From NCBI GenBank assembly GCA_934772045.1, contig CAKVMH010000004.1:7491-71490 (forward strand): DNA of 64,000 bases. Direction: 5' to 3'. This DNA is from an uncultured Clostridia bacterium (lineage in GTDB: Bacteria; Bacillota; Clostridia; Christensenellales; UBA1242). This document shows positions 46,201-54,639 of the stretch, in pieces. A program made the translations under genes and the position numbers. Each line of letters begins with the position of its first letter. The stretch's first letter is position 1. The notes below the pieces were generated by a model, which did not search any database, was not told the origin of the DNA, and saw only the letters and a list, made by a program, of their open reading frames with translations.

Positions 46201-47188
46201 CGTTTCTCGTCCTGACCTTGAATGGAATGAAACATTGAATGAAAAAGATTACAGTTATGCTCCTAAAGATAGTTGGGTTTCATTACCTGATTTAAGTGCT
46301 TCTCAAGGCGATATTAAAGCCAAAGTTGAATTGAAAGTTACTTTCAAAGGTGAAAGCCAAACTGTTAAAAAGGAAATTATAAACGGAACAACTGTTTGGA
46401 GATTTAAAACAAACGCAACACTCACAGGTGATTACAAAGTTGAATACACAGCAACAACTGCGTACAGTTCAATTAAGAAATCATTTACAATCAAAGTAGG
46501 CGATAATGTTCCACCAATTATCAGTATGGAACATGTTGCAGATTTAGCACAAGACCTTATTTACGATGGCAAGACAAGCATTGAATACAAAATCTACTTG
46601 TATCCAACATTGACATCAAGTAAAGAACGTCAACTTAAAATCACAATCACAAATGGTAGTGATGTTAAGACTTACGATACAAAATTAAAGATTACAGATA
46701 AAGACGAAAACGGCGAAGTTAAAGAAATTAACTGGAACAGTTTGACCGTTGAATTGATGAATGGCAGTTCAACTATGAGTGCTAGCGCAAGCAGTGATCA
46801 AAGGTACACTAAGACATACAGCATTAGTTCAACTGGTGATTATAAATTAGTGCTTAAAGTTACCGACAGCAATTCAAACACAACAACTAAAGAAATTAAG
46901 TTCACAGTTAAAACTGAAACTGAAGTTGAAAAGAAAAATGATACAGTTGTAGGCGTTGTTCTCATCGTATTGTCATTGGTTGTTCTTGCTGGTGTTATCT
47001 TGTTCTTCGCTTTAACCGGCAAAGGCGAGGGTGGTTCAAACAAATCTAAATCTTCAAAACAAGTTAAAACAACAAAATCAGTTGAAGAAAACAAGGTTGA
47101 AGTTTTAGAAGATACAAAAGTAGCTGAAGATGTTGAAGTTGAATCAGAAGCTCAAGAAACTGAACCAAAATCTGGCGATGTTGAATAA
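43298..47188 (+). CDS. Large surface protein with repeated Ig-like (DUF5011-like) domains, C-terminal TM anchor and acidic tail
   Basis: Signal peptide. Recurrent D-x-T/N-x-P-x motifs (DNTNPDVF, DVTAPSW, GDNVPPII). TM helix VVGVVLIVLSLVVLAGVILFFAL near the C-terminus. Confidence 0.85.
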   Translation: MKSFTKYFKVILCFMAFAVASFLFAFAPTLSSYAALQTSISGYNMAIKAVKMPRKAYVDETTGAQSLRVPLLTTGNSWQDTAKYTIRVIDPSFTAHDFNVDGANGSTNEADAGYFTKIKVNGTTVVKSTDEGYDTASGDEFVSISALNNGKYDIIYIMQEGDGENAKRYYSNTYSITVENVSYSLDFSIQTEGESKGLKVLLPETVAKSNQDSAKIALPKANVKNNKSKECLENVSVAPKVFNDYGRELSEGEIFKKEGDNYYLCPTTEGKYTIEYTYAYGNNPPKKSFTIEVVDGFTKPTSSDLTIATPTMPSVELGQKEVKLPDVTVSNKTTDDVEHNVVSIEISKGSISKKLTNNTFTFDMTREFFEQSKYDNMFGAWSVKYTIQDAYGNEKSITMQLENVVDNTNPDVFMAYDYDIDTTTGLPVNADKIDTTVVTELKPEYGYNELYFPAIYAKDNVTAYNEFIFVRYIQSTRTDTIYYIDNVIEKDGERHVITAETDAELASQMNASGDANIGSQNKAVKFDFNVEGETETEKNAKKSELSGEYKLGYMVIAKDKTKQKSYLYSANTTMYTFEILPTPTRDITTSVDHTVEINNIKDGISIASDGKLSVNITANEKKRGDSTTYADKRLKTAVFYYYTTTSTNIKGDIKSIFDSVKTDRATNHVYYGSEHIIDSEAFITAMKAKFTGFEYAELKNKNNYELTLKDYQSSYGKQAHVIAISIDDDGNIALADKLLNIKDMNDVTAPSWTLLSGVGHEHSFTDTALEVKQGTVIELPDIEFTDDDKTLSMNVTYYVNSPINELTGFDYKAPIGKNYKNVNGKSIVYGGQIKTDIVGEYHVVYSATDDAGNTTYVYFTFKVTPDADPILKVSATGEDITVSGASSITGEIGMQVNFDAVLWSNDLTQNLTNESGVVIDYTVEDGGKRWSTGDDATSFIFSEQGDYYITFTAKYGSYNIESQKFTISVSRPDLEWNETLNEKDYSYAPKDSWVSLPDLSASQGDIKAKVELKVTFKGESQTVKKEIINGTTVWRFKTNATLTGDYKVEYTATTAYSSIKKSFTIKVGDNVPPIISMEHVADLAQDLIYDGKTSIEYKIYLYPTLTSSKERQLKITITNGSDVKTYDTKLKITDKDENGEVKEINWNSLTVELMNGSSTMSASASSDQRYTKTYSISSTGDYKLVLKVTDSNSNTTTKEIKFTVKTETEVEKKNDTVVGVVLIVLSLVVLAGVILFFALTGKGEGGSNKSKSSKQVKTTKSVEENKVEVLEDTKVAEDVEVESEAQETEPKSGDVE

Positions 47189-47209
47189 TCACAACAATAT
47201 TAAATAAAT

Positions 47210-47240
47210 AAAAAAACACATCAATTGATGTGTTTTTTTA
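47210..47240. terminator. Bidirectional Rho-independent terminator
   Basis: AAAAAAACACATC-AATT-GATGTGTTTTTTT. Confidence 0.85.
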
Positions 47241-47308
47241 TTGTGAATACAACAAATTATATATATATGAGCGAGAGTGAAATAAATTGGTTTATAAAAT
47301 AATAAATA
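47241..47308 (+). repeat. Dispersed intergenic element, copy A (terminator + 26-nt linker + ATGAGCG..GAAATAAATTG motif)
   Basis: ATGAGCGAGAGTGAAATAAATTGGTTTAT at 47267 matches 53965 at ~80% over 36 nt. Same position 27 nt past the last terminator T, and the preceding terminator is similar. Confidence 0.6.
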
Positions 47309-47370
47309 AACTTTAAAATAGAACGAATAAAGACATGCGTTATTTAAATAGTATTTTACTAAAACTAAAT

Positions 47371-48171
47371 TTACTTTCCTTTTTCATATAGGTTATAAAC
47401 ATATGATTTTGTAAGATGATACTTTTCTTTAATTGTTTTGAAGACTTGTTGTTTTTCTTCTGTTTTTAACATGGCTTTTATTTCTTTTAAAATTTGTTCG
47501 TCGCTAGGCTTTTCACCTTCTTCATGGACATTTTCAACAACAATAACAAATTCGCCTTTGGGGTCGTCAACTTGGTGTGGCAATGCAACAATGTCAACAT
47601 GTTCATGCAGTTTTGTAATCTCGCCAACAATTGCAACACGGACTTCACCTAGGCTTGAATAAAGTGAAGATAAATCTTTATTTAAATTATATTTTGAAGA
47701 ATAAATAATTACACTTCCGTTAAAAGCTTTGATTTGAGATAATTGATCTTTTAATTCCTTATTCTTTTCACTTAAAAAACCGAAAAACGCAAAATGTGAA
47801 GGGTCGAAACCGGAAAGAACTAGGGCAGATAGCCCAGCATTTGCACCTGGAATGACTGTGAATTGCATACCGTTTGCAATCAATTTTTGTGCTAAGATGT
47901 TGCCAGGGTCAGATATAACAGGCATGCCAGCATCGCTTATAACTGCGACATTTTTACCTTGTTTTAAAAGTTCAATTATTCCGTCGGCACTGTTTTGTTC
48001 GTTGAATTTATGGTAAGCAATTGTTTTTGCTGTTATGTTGTAATGTTCCAACAAAATTTTGGAGTGTCGAGTGTCTTCACAGGCAATCACATCACAACTT
48101 TTTAGTGTTTCAACTGCGCGGAAACTGATATCATCTAAATTGCCTATTGGTGTGGCTACAAAGTATAACAC
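47371..48171 (-). CDS. rsmI: 16S rRNA (cytidine1402-2'-O)-methyltransferase
   Basis: LYFVATPIGNLDDISFRAVETLK..IACEDTRHS signature. Confidence 0.93.
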   Translation of the reverse strand: MLYFVATPIGNLDDISFRAVETLKSCDVIACEDTRHSKILLEHYNITAKTIAYHKFNEQNSADGIIELLKQGKNVAVISDAGMPVISDPGNILAQKLIANGMQFTVIPGANAGLSALVLSGFDPSHFAFFGFLSEKNKELKDQLSQIKAFNGSVIIYSSKYNLNKDLSSLYSSLGEVRVAIVGEITKLHEHVDIVALPHQVDDPKGEFVIVVENVHEEGEKPSDEQILKEIKAMLKTEEKQQVFKTIKEKYHLTKSYVYNLYEKGK

Positions 48172-48236
48172 AAATTACTCCTTTTTATTTCAATATTTTT
48201 AGTTTTTGTAAAATTTATATAAGTAAAACTTTGGGT

Positions 48237-48902
48237 TTAGTTTTTTAAAATTCTAACACCTGGTTTTGCGCCTTTTACGGCTTCAACAAGCACTAAATAG
48301 GCCTCTTTATCATTGTTATATATAAATTTCATTTGCTTTACTTGCATTCCGTATTTTTCACACAAAACAACAATTTCAGTGCTACGCGATGCAAGGTGCA
48401 CCATGTATAACCTGCCTTTATCTTTTAAAAGTTCGGCGGTTTTTTTAATGATGTCGTCCAAAGTTGCACTGAGTTCGTGCCTTGCCATTGCAATTTCAGG
48501 GCGTTCATTAATTTTACTATTTGGGTTCAGTTTTTGATAAGGTGGGTTGCAAATGATGACATCAACATTTTTAGGGAAGTCAGTAAGTTTTAAATCTTTT
48601 AAATTGCAATTGAAAATTTTGCTTCGCCTTTTAAAGTTATTAAATGCCACATTTTCTTTTATTATTTCGCACATTTCTGGTTGTATTTCATTAAAGTACA
48701 AATGGTTGTAAGGGCAGATAGAATAGGCGTAAAAACTTATGACGCCACTTCCTGCACATAATTCAAGCACATTGTCACTGTGTTTAATATTACAAAAATT
48801 TGCAAGTAAAATGGCGTCTTGCGTAAATTTGTAATAATTGTCACTTTGGATAATGGAAATACCATTTTCAAAATGTTCTAGTTTCAAGTTTTCTATTTTC
48901 AT
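48237..48902 (-). CDS. SAM-dependent N6-adenine methyltransferase (YabB/TrmN6-like)
   Basis: LELCAGSGV SAM motif and ICNPPY catalytic motif. Synteny with yaaT/holB/rsmI. Confidence 0.8.
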   Translation of the reverse strand: MKIENLKLEHFENGISIIQSDNYYKFTQDAILLANFCNIKHSDNVLELCAGSGVISFYAYSICPYNHLYFNEIQPEMCEIIKENVAFNNFKRRSKIFNCNLKDLKLTDFPKNVDVIICNPPYQKLNPNSKINERPEIAMARHELSATLDDIIKKTAELLKDKGRLYMVHLASRSTEIVVLCEKYGMQVKQMKFIYNNDKEAYLVLVEAVKGAKPGVRILKN

Positions 48903-48907
48903 ATGTG

Positions 48908-49705
48908 TTAATTATTCTTTTGTTGAGTTTTAATATCTTCAACATTATAAACTTTATTTTCAGTCGTGTCTTCATCTTTTTTGAAACTTACAGTAACAGT
49001 TTCTTTTAAAAAGTCAACACTCGCAACTGTGCCGACACCATCTGGTGTTGTAACTTTGTTGCCAACGCGTGGCATTTTCTTTTGCATTGCTTCATAAAAT
49101 TCATCTTCATATTTTAAACAACACAAAAGCCTGCCACACATGCCATTTATACGGTTAGGGTTGAGTGCAATACCTTGATTTTTTGCCATTTTTATCGAAA
49201 CTTTATCAAAATCTTTCAAGTATGCCTTGCAACAGGTTTCGCGCCCACACATGCCAAGTGCACCAACGGCCTTGCTTTCGTCGCGGTTGCCAATTTGTTT
49301 CATTTCGACCTTAACTTTGTAAGTGCTTGTTAAAATTTTAAGCAATTCCCTGAAATCTACGCGTTCATCAGCAGTGTAATTGACACTAAGTTTTGATTTA
49401 TCCAAGCTGAAAACAACAAAACTAATTTTCATGTTTAAATGCAAATTTTCAGCAAATTTTTTAATTTCACCTTGAATTTTGCGTGCATATTTACAGTTTT
49501 CACAATTCTTTAAAAAGTCATCTTTGTTTGCTGGGCGCACAACATCAACCAATTCAACATCATCACCTTCAACATTGCGTTTAATTATGCCTAATTCAAG
49601 CACGCCATTGCATGAAACAACGACCTTTTGGTTAGGTTCAAACTTTGAAGGCTTTGAGTATACGATTTTGCCGTAATTTTGTAATTGTATTTCAGTTAGT
49701 TGCAT
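48908..49705 (-). CDS. ricT: PSP1-domain protein RicT/YaaT
   Basis: PSP1 C-terminal Cys pattern (CGRETCCKAYL, CGRLLCCLKYE). Lies downstream of holB. Confidence 0.88.
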   Translation of the reverse strand: MQLTEIQLQNYGKIVYSKPSKFEPNQKVVVSCNGVLELGIIKRNVEGDDVELVDVVRPANKDDFLKNCENCKYARKIQGEIKKFAENLHLNMKISFVVFSLDKSKLSVNYTADERVDFRELLKILTSTYKVKVEMKQIGNRDESKAVGALGMCGRETCCKAYLKDFDKVSIKMAKNQGIALNPNRINGMCGRLLCCLKYEDEFYEAMQKKMPRVGNKVTTPDGVGTVASVDFLKETVTVSFKKDEDTTENKVYNVEDIKTQQKNN

Positions 49706-50612
49706 AGTATTTCTCCTTTAAAATATTAAATAATAGGTTATCTAAAATGTAATAAAAGTTTACATTTGATTTAAGTTTTTTGTAAGCATCATCGATTAAT
49801 GGTAGGCATCTAGCCAAAACTGAAGGTGAAAACCTTAATGCGATAGAGGCAATGTCCTTTTTTTCAAATTGGTTTGTTTGTTTAATAACGCACATAAACA
49901 TGTCCTGCATTAATGGAAAGAACTCGTCTTTGTCAACATCGCCAAGCGAACTAACGATTTGCGGAATGCTTGAACTGTTATTAAGATTATCAAAAATTTT
50001 TGTTATTGCTTGTAAAGTGTTGTTTGTTTTTTTATCTGTAAATGTTAACATGTTGGTGAGTGTATCAAAATTTTTAAATGATGATAAATTGATGTTTTTT
50101 GATTTATATTCGTTAATAATTGACAACTTGTCATGTTCAGAAAGGGTAGGCACATGCACTTTACTAAGCCTACTTAAAACCGTTGGCAAAATTTTGTCTA
50201 ACTTAGTTGATGTCACAATAAAAATGTTACTAGGGTTAGGCTCTTCCAACGATTTTAACATCTTGTTTTGTGCACGCTCATTAACATTTTCAAAATTTAA
50301 GACAACAAAAACTTTATGTTTGCTGTAAACTGGCAAAGTTGCCATTTTGTCTAACAATTTTGCCACATCTTCCACTTTTATGCTTTTGTCGTCTAGGATA
50401 TAAAAGTCTGGGTGCGAGTTACTTTCAAATTGCATGCATGAACTGCATTTGCCACACGCTGAACCCTTTTCACATAAAATAGATTCCGCAAATGTAAGTG
50501 CTATTTCGTTATTAAGGGCTTGGTCATTAGAATAAAAAAGATAAGCATGACTCAATTCACGCCCTAAACTAAGTGTGCGGTAAGATGATGTGTTTACAAT
50601 ACATTTTAACAC
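49692..50612 (-). CDS. holB: DNA polymerase III subunit delta'
   Basis: SHAYLFYS, zinc-like CGKCSSC, LKSLEEP, SRL motif. Confidence 0.85.
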   Translation of the reverse strand: MLKCIVNTSSYRTLSLGRELSHAYLFYSNDQALNNEIALTFAESILCEKGSACGKCSSCMQFESNSHPDFYILDDKSIKVEDVAKLLDKMATLPVYSKHKVFVVLNFENVNERAQNKMLKSLEEPNPSNIFIVTSTKLDKILPTVLSRLSKVHVPTLSEHDKLSIINEYKSKNINLSSFKNFDTLTNMLTFTDKKTNNTLQAITKIFDNLNNSSSIPQIVSSLGDVDKDEFFPLMQDMFMCVIKQTNQFEKKDIASIALRFSPSVLARCLPLIDDAYKKLKSNVNFYYILDNLLFNILKEKYYATN

Positions 50613-50741
50613 GATACAATTATAACATAGGTGCGATAAAAATACAATAATTTTCGTTGATTGTGCCTAAAAACCGCGAAATCAAATTAATTAGTTGACA
50701 TAGAATTTTGTCGATGATATTATTATATCAAGAGGTGAAAT

Positions 50742-51230
50742 ATGACAAAAGCTAAATCTGGTTTTTTAAAAGCTGGGGCAATCTTCGGCATAATTTGGGC
50801 AGGTTTCTTTGCAATATTCGGCATGACGTTATTTACAATTCAAGGTGAACTATCGCATAAATATATAATTGAAGATATTATGGAGTACAAGAAAACAGAA
50901 TACGATACTATTAATAATTTTGATGGCTCAATTACATATAAGTTAACAAAAGATGGCGAAGTAAAGGAAATTAAGGGCGACCAATTAGACGATATCATTG
51001 AATTATCTAAAAAAGTTTTAACAGTCGGTGGCATTTATGTGTTAGCATTTTCAGTTGCTTCACTTGCACTTTCAATTCTAGTGCTTGTAAACTCAGAAAA
51101 GGAAAAGGCAAACAAAGGTTTAATAATTTCATTACTTTGTGTCAGCGTTTTCTCCGCCAACATTTTAACCTTAGCATTTATGATTGTTGCTTTGTGTTTA
51201 AAGGATAAAAAAGTAGAAGAAGTGAAATAG
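50742..51230 (+). CDS. Small membrane protein (DUF4064-like?)
   Basis: Four hydrophobic helices. SD AGAGGTG. Confidence 0.7.
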   Translation: MTKAKSGFLKAGAIFGIIWAGFFAIFGMTLFTIQGELSHKYIIEDIMEYKKTEYDTINNFDGSITYKLTKDGEVKEIKGDQLDDIIELSKKVLTVGGIYVLAFSVASLALSILVLVNSEKEKANKGLIISLLCVSVFSANILTLAFMIVALCLKDKKVEEVK

Positions 51231-51560
51231 AAGCAACATCTAATGGGAAGTGGAACGACCTTTAAATTGTTGCTTTGTGTTTAAAGGATAAAAAAGTAGA
51301 AGAAGTAAAATAGAAGCAACATCTAATGGGAAGTGGAACGACCTTTAAATTGTTGCTTTGTGTTTAAAGGATAAAAAAGTAGAAGAAGTGAAATAGAAGC
51401 AACATCTAATGGGAGTGAAACGACCTTTAATTTGTTGCTTTGTGTTTAAAGGATAAAAAAGTAGAAGAAGTGAAATAGAAGCAACATCTAATGGGAGTGG
51501 AACGACCTTTAAATTGTTGCTTTGTGTGTAAAAGATAAAAACTAGCAACAATTTAATAAT
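51183..51560 (+). repeat. Tandem array, 83/82-bp unit x ~4.5, unit = last 15 codons + stop of ORF 50742 + ~35 nt
   Basis: Unit starts (ATTGTTGC) at 51183, 51266, 51349, 51431 and 51513. The final unit is degenerate. The 8-bp stem AAGCAACA/TGTTGCTT spans each junction. Confidence 0.92.
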
Positions 51561-51570
51561 ACAATTTAAA

Positions 51571-51600
51571 AAGAACTGAACACGTTTGTGTTCAGTTCTT
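51571..51600. terminator. Bidirectional terminator (greA / array side)
   Basis: AAGAACTGAACAC-GTTT-GTGTTCAGTTCTT with a T run on the minus strand. Confidence 0.8.
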
Positions 51601-51633
51601 TAATGTTTATAGTATTCAATTTTAAATTAATTA

Positions 51634-52110
51634 TTAAGACAATTTAATTTTAGTGATTTTATATGAAACCAAACCGCCTGGGGTTTTAATTTGAGCAATT
51701 TCACCAACTTTTTTGTTCATCAAACCGGCACCGATAGGGGATATGTTGCTGATAATGCCTTTGAATGGGTCACTGTCTGTGTCACCAACAATTTTGTATT
51801 CAACAACCTGGTTTGTTTTTAAATTTGTGGCGGTAACTGTGCAACCAACACCAACTTTGTTTGTGTTAACTTTTTTAGGGTCGATAACAACGGCTGATTT
51901 TAATTTTGTTTCCAAATCAAAAATTTCGGCTTCAGTGTTAATTTGCTCTTCACGGGCGATGTCATATTCACTATTTTCACTTAAATCACCATAACTGCGC
52001 GCTTCAGCAAGTTTTTTTGCCACTTCTTGGCGTTTGGTTGATTTTAAATACTCTAATCTTTCTTGGGTCTTTTTAAGCCCTTCTGCTGTCATAAAAACTT
52101 TTTCTTCCAT
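51634..52110 (-). CDS. greA: Transcription elongation factor GreA
   Basis: Start at MEEKVFMTAEG (GGAG 6 nt upstream). ARSYGDLSENSEYD motif. Confidence 0.93.
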   Translation of the reverse strand: MEEKVFMTAEGLKKTQERLEYLKSTKRQEVAKKLAEARSYGDLSENSEYDIAREEQINTEAEIFDLETKLKSAVVIDPKKVNTNKVGVGCTVTATNLKTNQVVEYKIVGDTDSDPFKGIISNISPIGAGLMNKKVGEIAQIKTPGGLVSYKITKIKLS

Positions 52111-52311
52111 AACTTTCTCCAAATAAAAAAAATTTTAAGCATTTTGTGCATATAAAACACAAAATTGCAATGATTTCTCATTACAACGACACAATTATAA
52201 CATTTATTTAAAATTGATGTCAAGGTTTTTTAACTCAATTTTTAAACGCTTGTGATTGCCTGTGCTTTAGCATATGCAAAAATATTAAAAAATGTGCGGA
52301 CTTTTAAAATT

Positions 52312-52566
52312 TTAACGGTGTAAATGTTCCAAAGTGAACTTATCAAAAATTACGCTTTCAACAAAATCATCTGGTTTAAAAACACACATGTTAAACAAGT
52401 TAAAATCGTATACGTGCTTGTCTAATAAAACTGGGGTAGGGATATTCAAAGATGCAGATAAGTCTTTTAACATATCAAAAAAAGATGTGGTTTTTTCATC
52501 CACTTCAATAGTGTTAGATTTTATAACCTTTTCATTGCAAATCAATTTGCCCCAAATTTTTATCAT
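52312..52566 (-). CDS. 84-aa protein, unknown function
   Basis: Long ORF for AT-rich DNA. No SD, but a leaderless-type promoter abuts the ATG. Confidence 0.5.
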   Translation of the reverse strand: MIKIWGKLICNEKVIKSNTIEVDEKTTSFFDMLKDLSASLNIPTPVLLDKHVYDFNLFNMCVFKPDDFVESVIFDKFTLEHLHR

Positions 52567-52572
52567 AGGCTT

Positions 52573-52601
52573 ATTTTATATCAAATTGAAAAATAATGCA
52601 A
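52573..52601 (-). promoter_or_regulatory. TTGCAT-17-TAAAAT promoter ending 6 nt before the ATG (leaderless geometry)
   Basis: -35 at 52596-52601 and -10 at 52573-52578 on the minus strand. ATG at 52566. Confidence 0.5.
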
Positions 52602-52674
52602 GAAATTACACGAACTTATCATCAACAATTAAGGCTAAAACTTAAATATTAAAATAATATGTAAAACAACATGT

Positions 52675-52703
52675 TTGACAAAAAATTTTCAAAAGTGTAA
52701 TAT
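52675..52703 (+). promoter_or_regulatory. Sigma-A-type promoter TTGACA-17-TAATAT
   Basis: Hexamers at 52675-52680 and 52698-52703. The ATG at 52710 is 6 nt after the -10 and has no SD. Confidence 0.55.
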
Positions 52704-52709
52704 AAAAAT

Positions 52710-53876
52710 ATGGATAATTCGGTTTCAATAAAAAGCATAGATAATTATAATTTGGAAAATGTTAAGGCAACAATGGCAAACCTTTTTGCTTCAATAGATG
52801 CAGAAAAACTTTTTAAACCTAATATGAAAGTTTTAATAAAAGTCAATGCAGGCATTGATGCTGACCCTGATTTAGGGCTAACAACTCACCCAACAGTGGT
52901 GCAAGCGCTTGTAGACTTAATAAGCAAAACTGGGGCAGTATGTATTGTGGCAGACAGCCCAGTTAAACAATATTCGCTTAATTATTTGGAAAAAATCTAT
53001 TTTGACACAGGCATGCTTGAAGTTGCCAACTCGACAAAGTGTCAACTTAACCATGATTTATCCACCACACAAATTAAAATTCCAGCAGGTGCGAAAACTA
53101 AATTTACCACAGTTTTAAGTGTTGCAGATTCGGTCGATGCAATTGTAGTTGTTGGTAAAGTTAACGTTGATAATCGCCTTGGTTTCCAAGCGGTTAGCCA
53201 AGGTTTGTTTGGGCTTATTCCGGGGGAAATGAAAAATTTATACCTTAATAGGTTGACAACGATTGCGGATTACAACGAATACTGTTTGGACCTATACACT
53301 TATTTTAAAAACAAACTTATTTTAAATGTGCTTGACGGCGTTGTGGCTGTTGAAACAAACCAAAGCCAAAGAATGTTATCTTGTTTGGCAATGAGTAAAA
53401 ATATGCTCAGTTTGGAAGCGGTTGCAAATGCAATTGTGGGCAGGAATTTTAATGAAACCATATTAAAAACCGCAGAAACAAGGGGCGAAATTGATTTATC
53501 AAACGCTTATAAGCTTGTTGATGGCACAATTGAAAACTTTACATTGACCGATTTTGATTTTGGTGAAATCGTAAATAGTTCAAACATACATAAAAGTAAA
53601 CAAAGCAAAAAACAGTATTTTAGGCACAATCAACAAAGGCTTATAATTGTACCAAACAAGTGTAAAGGTTGCGCGCGTTGTGCTAAAATTTGTCCAGTTG
53701 GTGCAATAACCATGAAGTACGACAAAATGGGCGAGCTATACGCAAAAATTAATTACGACAAGTGCATATTTTGCAACAAATGCTTTACCGCTTGTCCTTA
53801 TGAAATTATTAGGCAAAAAACACCGCTTGGGTTTAAGATTATCACTGGCAGTGTAAATAAATACAATGAAGAATAG
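52710..53876 (+). CDS. DUF362-like protein with C-terminal 2x[4Fe-4S] ferredoxin domain
   Basis: VLIKVNAG N-terminal pattern. CKGCARCAKICP and CIFCNKCFTACP clusters. Confidence 0.75.
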   Translation: MDNSVSIKSIDNYNLENVKATMANLFASIDAEKLFKPNMKVLIKVNAGIDADPDLGLTTHPTVVQALVDLISKTGAVCIVADSPVKQYSLNYLEKIYFDTGMLEVANSTKCQLNHDLSTTQIKIPAGAKTKFTTVLSVADSVDAIVVVGKVNVDNRLGFQAVSQGLFGLIPGEMKNLYLNRLTTIADYNEYCLDLYTYFKNKLILNVLDGVVAVETNQSQRMLSCLAMSKNMLSLEAVANAIVGRNFNETILKTAETRGEIDLSNAYKLVDGTIENFTLTDFDFGEIVNSSNIHKSKQSKKQYFRHNQQRLIIVPNKCKGCARCAKICPVGAITMKYDKMGELYAKINYDKCIFCNKCFTACPYEIIRQKTPLGFKIITGSVNKYNEE

Positions 53877-53914
53877 ACGATCTAAAAGATATAAATTTAT
53901 TGATCCTTACAATT

Positions 53915-53938
53915 AAACACACATTTAGTGTGTTTTTT
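53915..53938 (+). terminator. Rho-independent terminator
   Basis: AAACACAC-ATTTA-GTGTGTTTTTT. Confidence 0.75.
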
Positions 53939-54005
53939 GTTGCGATTAACAATAAACCAGATTAATGAGCGTCAGCGAAATAAATTGATTTATTTTATAA
54001 ATAGC
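53939..54005 (+). repeat. Dispersed intergenic element, copy B
   Basis: ATGAGCGTCAGCGAAATAAATTGATTTAT at 53965. See copy A at 47241-47308. Confidence 0.6.
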
Positions 54006-54158
54006 AATTTGAATTTTTGTTTGTTAATGAAGGATATGTCAGTTGAGAGATTTATGTGTATCAGTTTAAAATAAAAAAGCACCATTTCTATAAAATAGTG
54101 CCAAATAATTCGCATAATTATAACATTTAAAAGCACACTAATTTTAGAGGTGTTGTTT

Positions 54159-54410
54159 ATGAGATGGATAGCATTTGGTTTAACATGTTTGGGTGGAGTT
54201 AACTGGCTGATGATTGGGGCGTTGCAATATGATTTCATTGCAGGGCTTTTTGGCACGCAAGCAAACATTTTTAGCCGAATTATTTATATAATTATTGGTG
54301 TTGCAAGCGTTTATATTTTGTTTGTAACATTGTTTAGTAAAGGTAGATTGAAATTGTTTGGCTATAAAAAACCTAAACCTCAAAAACAAAAATTGGAAGA
54401 AGACTTTTAA
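54159..54410 (+). CDS. DUF378-family small membrane protein
   Basis: MRWIAFGLTCLGGVNWLMIGALQYDFIAGLFG matches the DUF378 pattern. SD AGAGGTG. Confidence 0.8.
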   Translation: MRWIAFGLTCLGGVNWLMIGALQYDFIAGLFGTQANIFSRIIYIIIGVASVYILFVTLFSKGRLKLFGYKKPKPQKQKLEEDF

Positions 54411-54502
54411 AGAAAATGAATTAAAATTAAATATCTATATAAATTGTGGCTATAATTATAGTACTCTAGTATGGCTTTAATAAATTTAAAAACAGAGAAA
54501 TT

Positions 54503-54533
54503 AAAAAAAGTTGGCGTGTGCCAACTTTTTTTT
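54503..54533. terminator. Bidirectional Rho-independent terminator
   Basis: AAAAAAAGTTGGC-GTGT-GCCAACTTTTTTTT. Confidence 0.85.
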
Positions 54534-54639
54534 GTGTTTCATATTAAGGTGTTGTTGTTTTTTGATTGTTATACTTTTTTATTTTTAACTTATTCTTTTT
54601 GGCAATTTAGGTTTTACTGCTAAAAGTAGAGTAAGGGGG

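Noticed and set aside
40804-47188. Prophage remnant or integrative island downstream of rpoC
   Set aside because: No integrase, recombinase, phage structural or replication genes are present, and no tRNA-flank or direct-repeat boundaries enclose the block. Only its orphan content and broken synteny are unusual.
51183-51560. CRISPR-like array, and minus-strand ORF 51345-51551
   Set aside because: Units are contiguous and near-identical with no unique spacers. The ORF is a translation artefact of the repeat.
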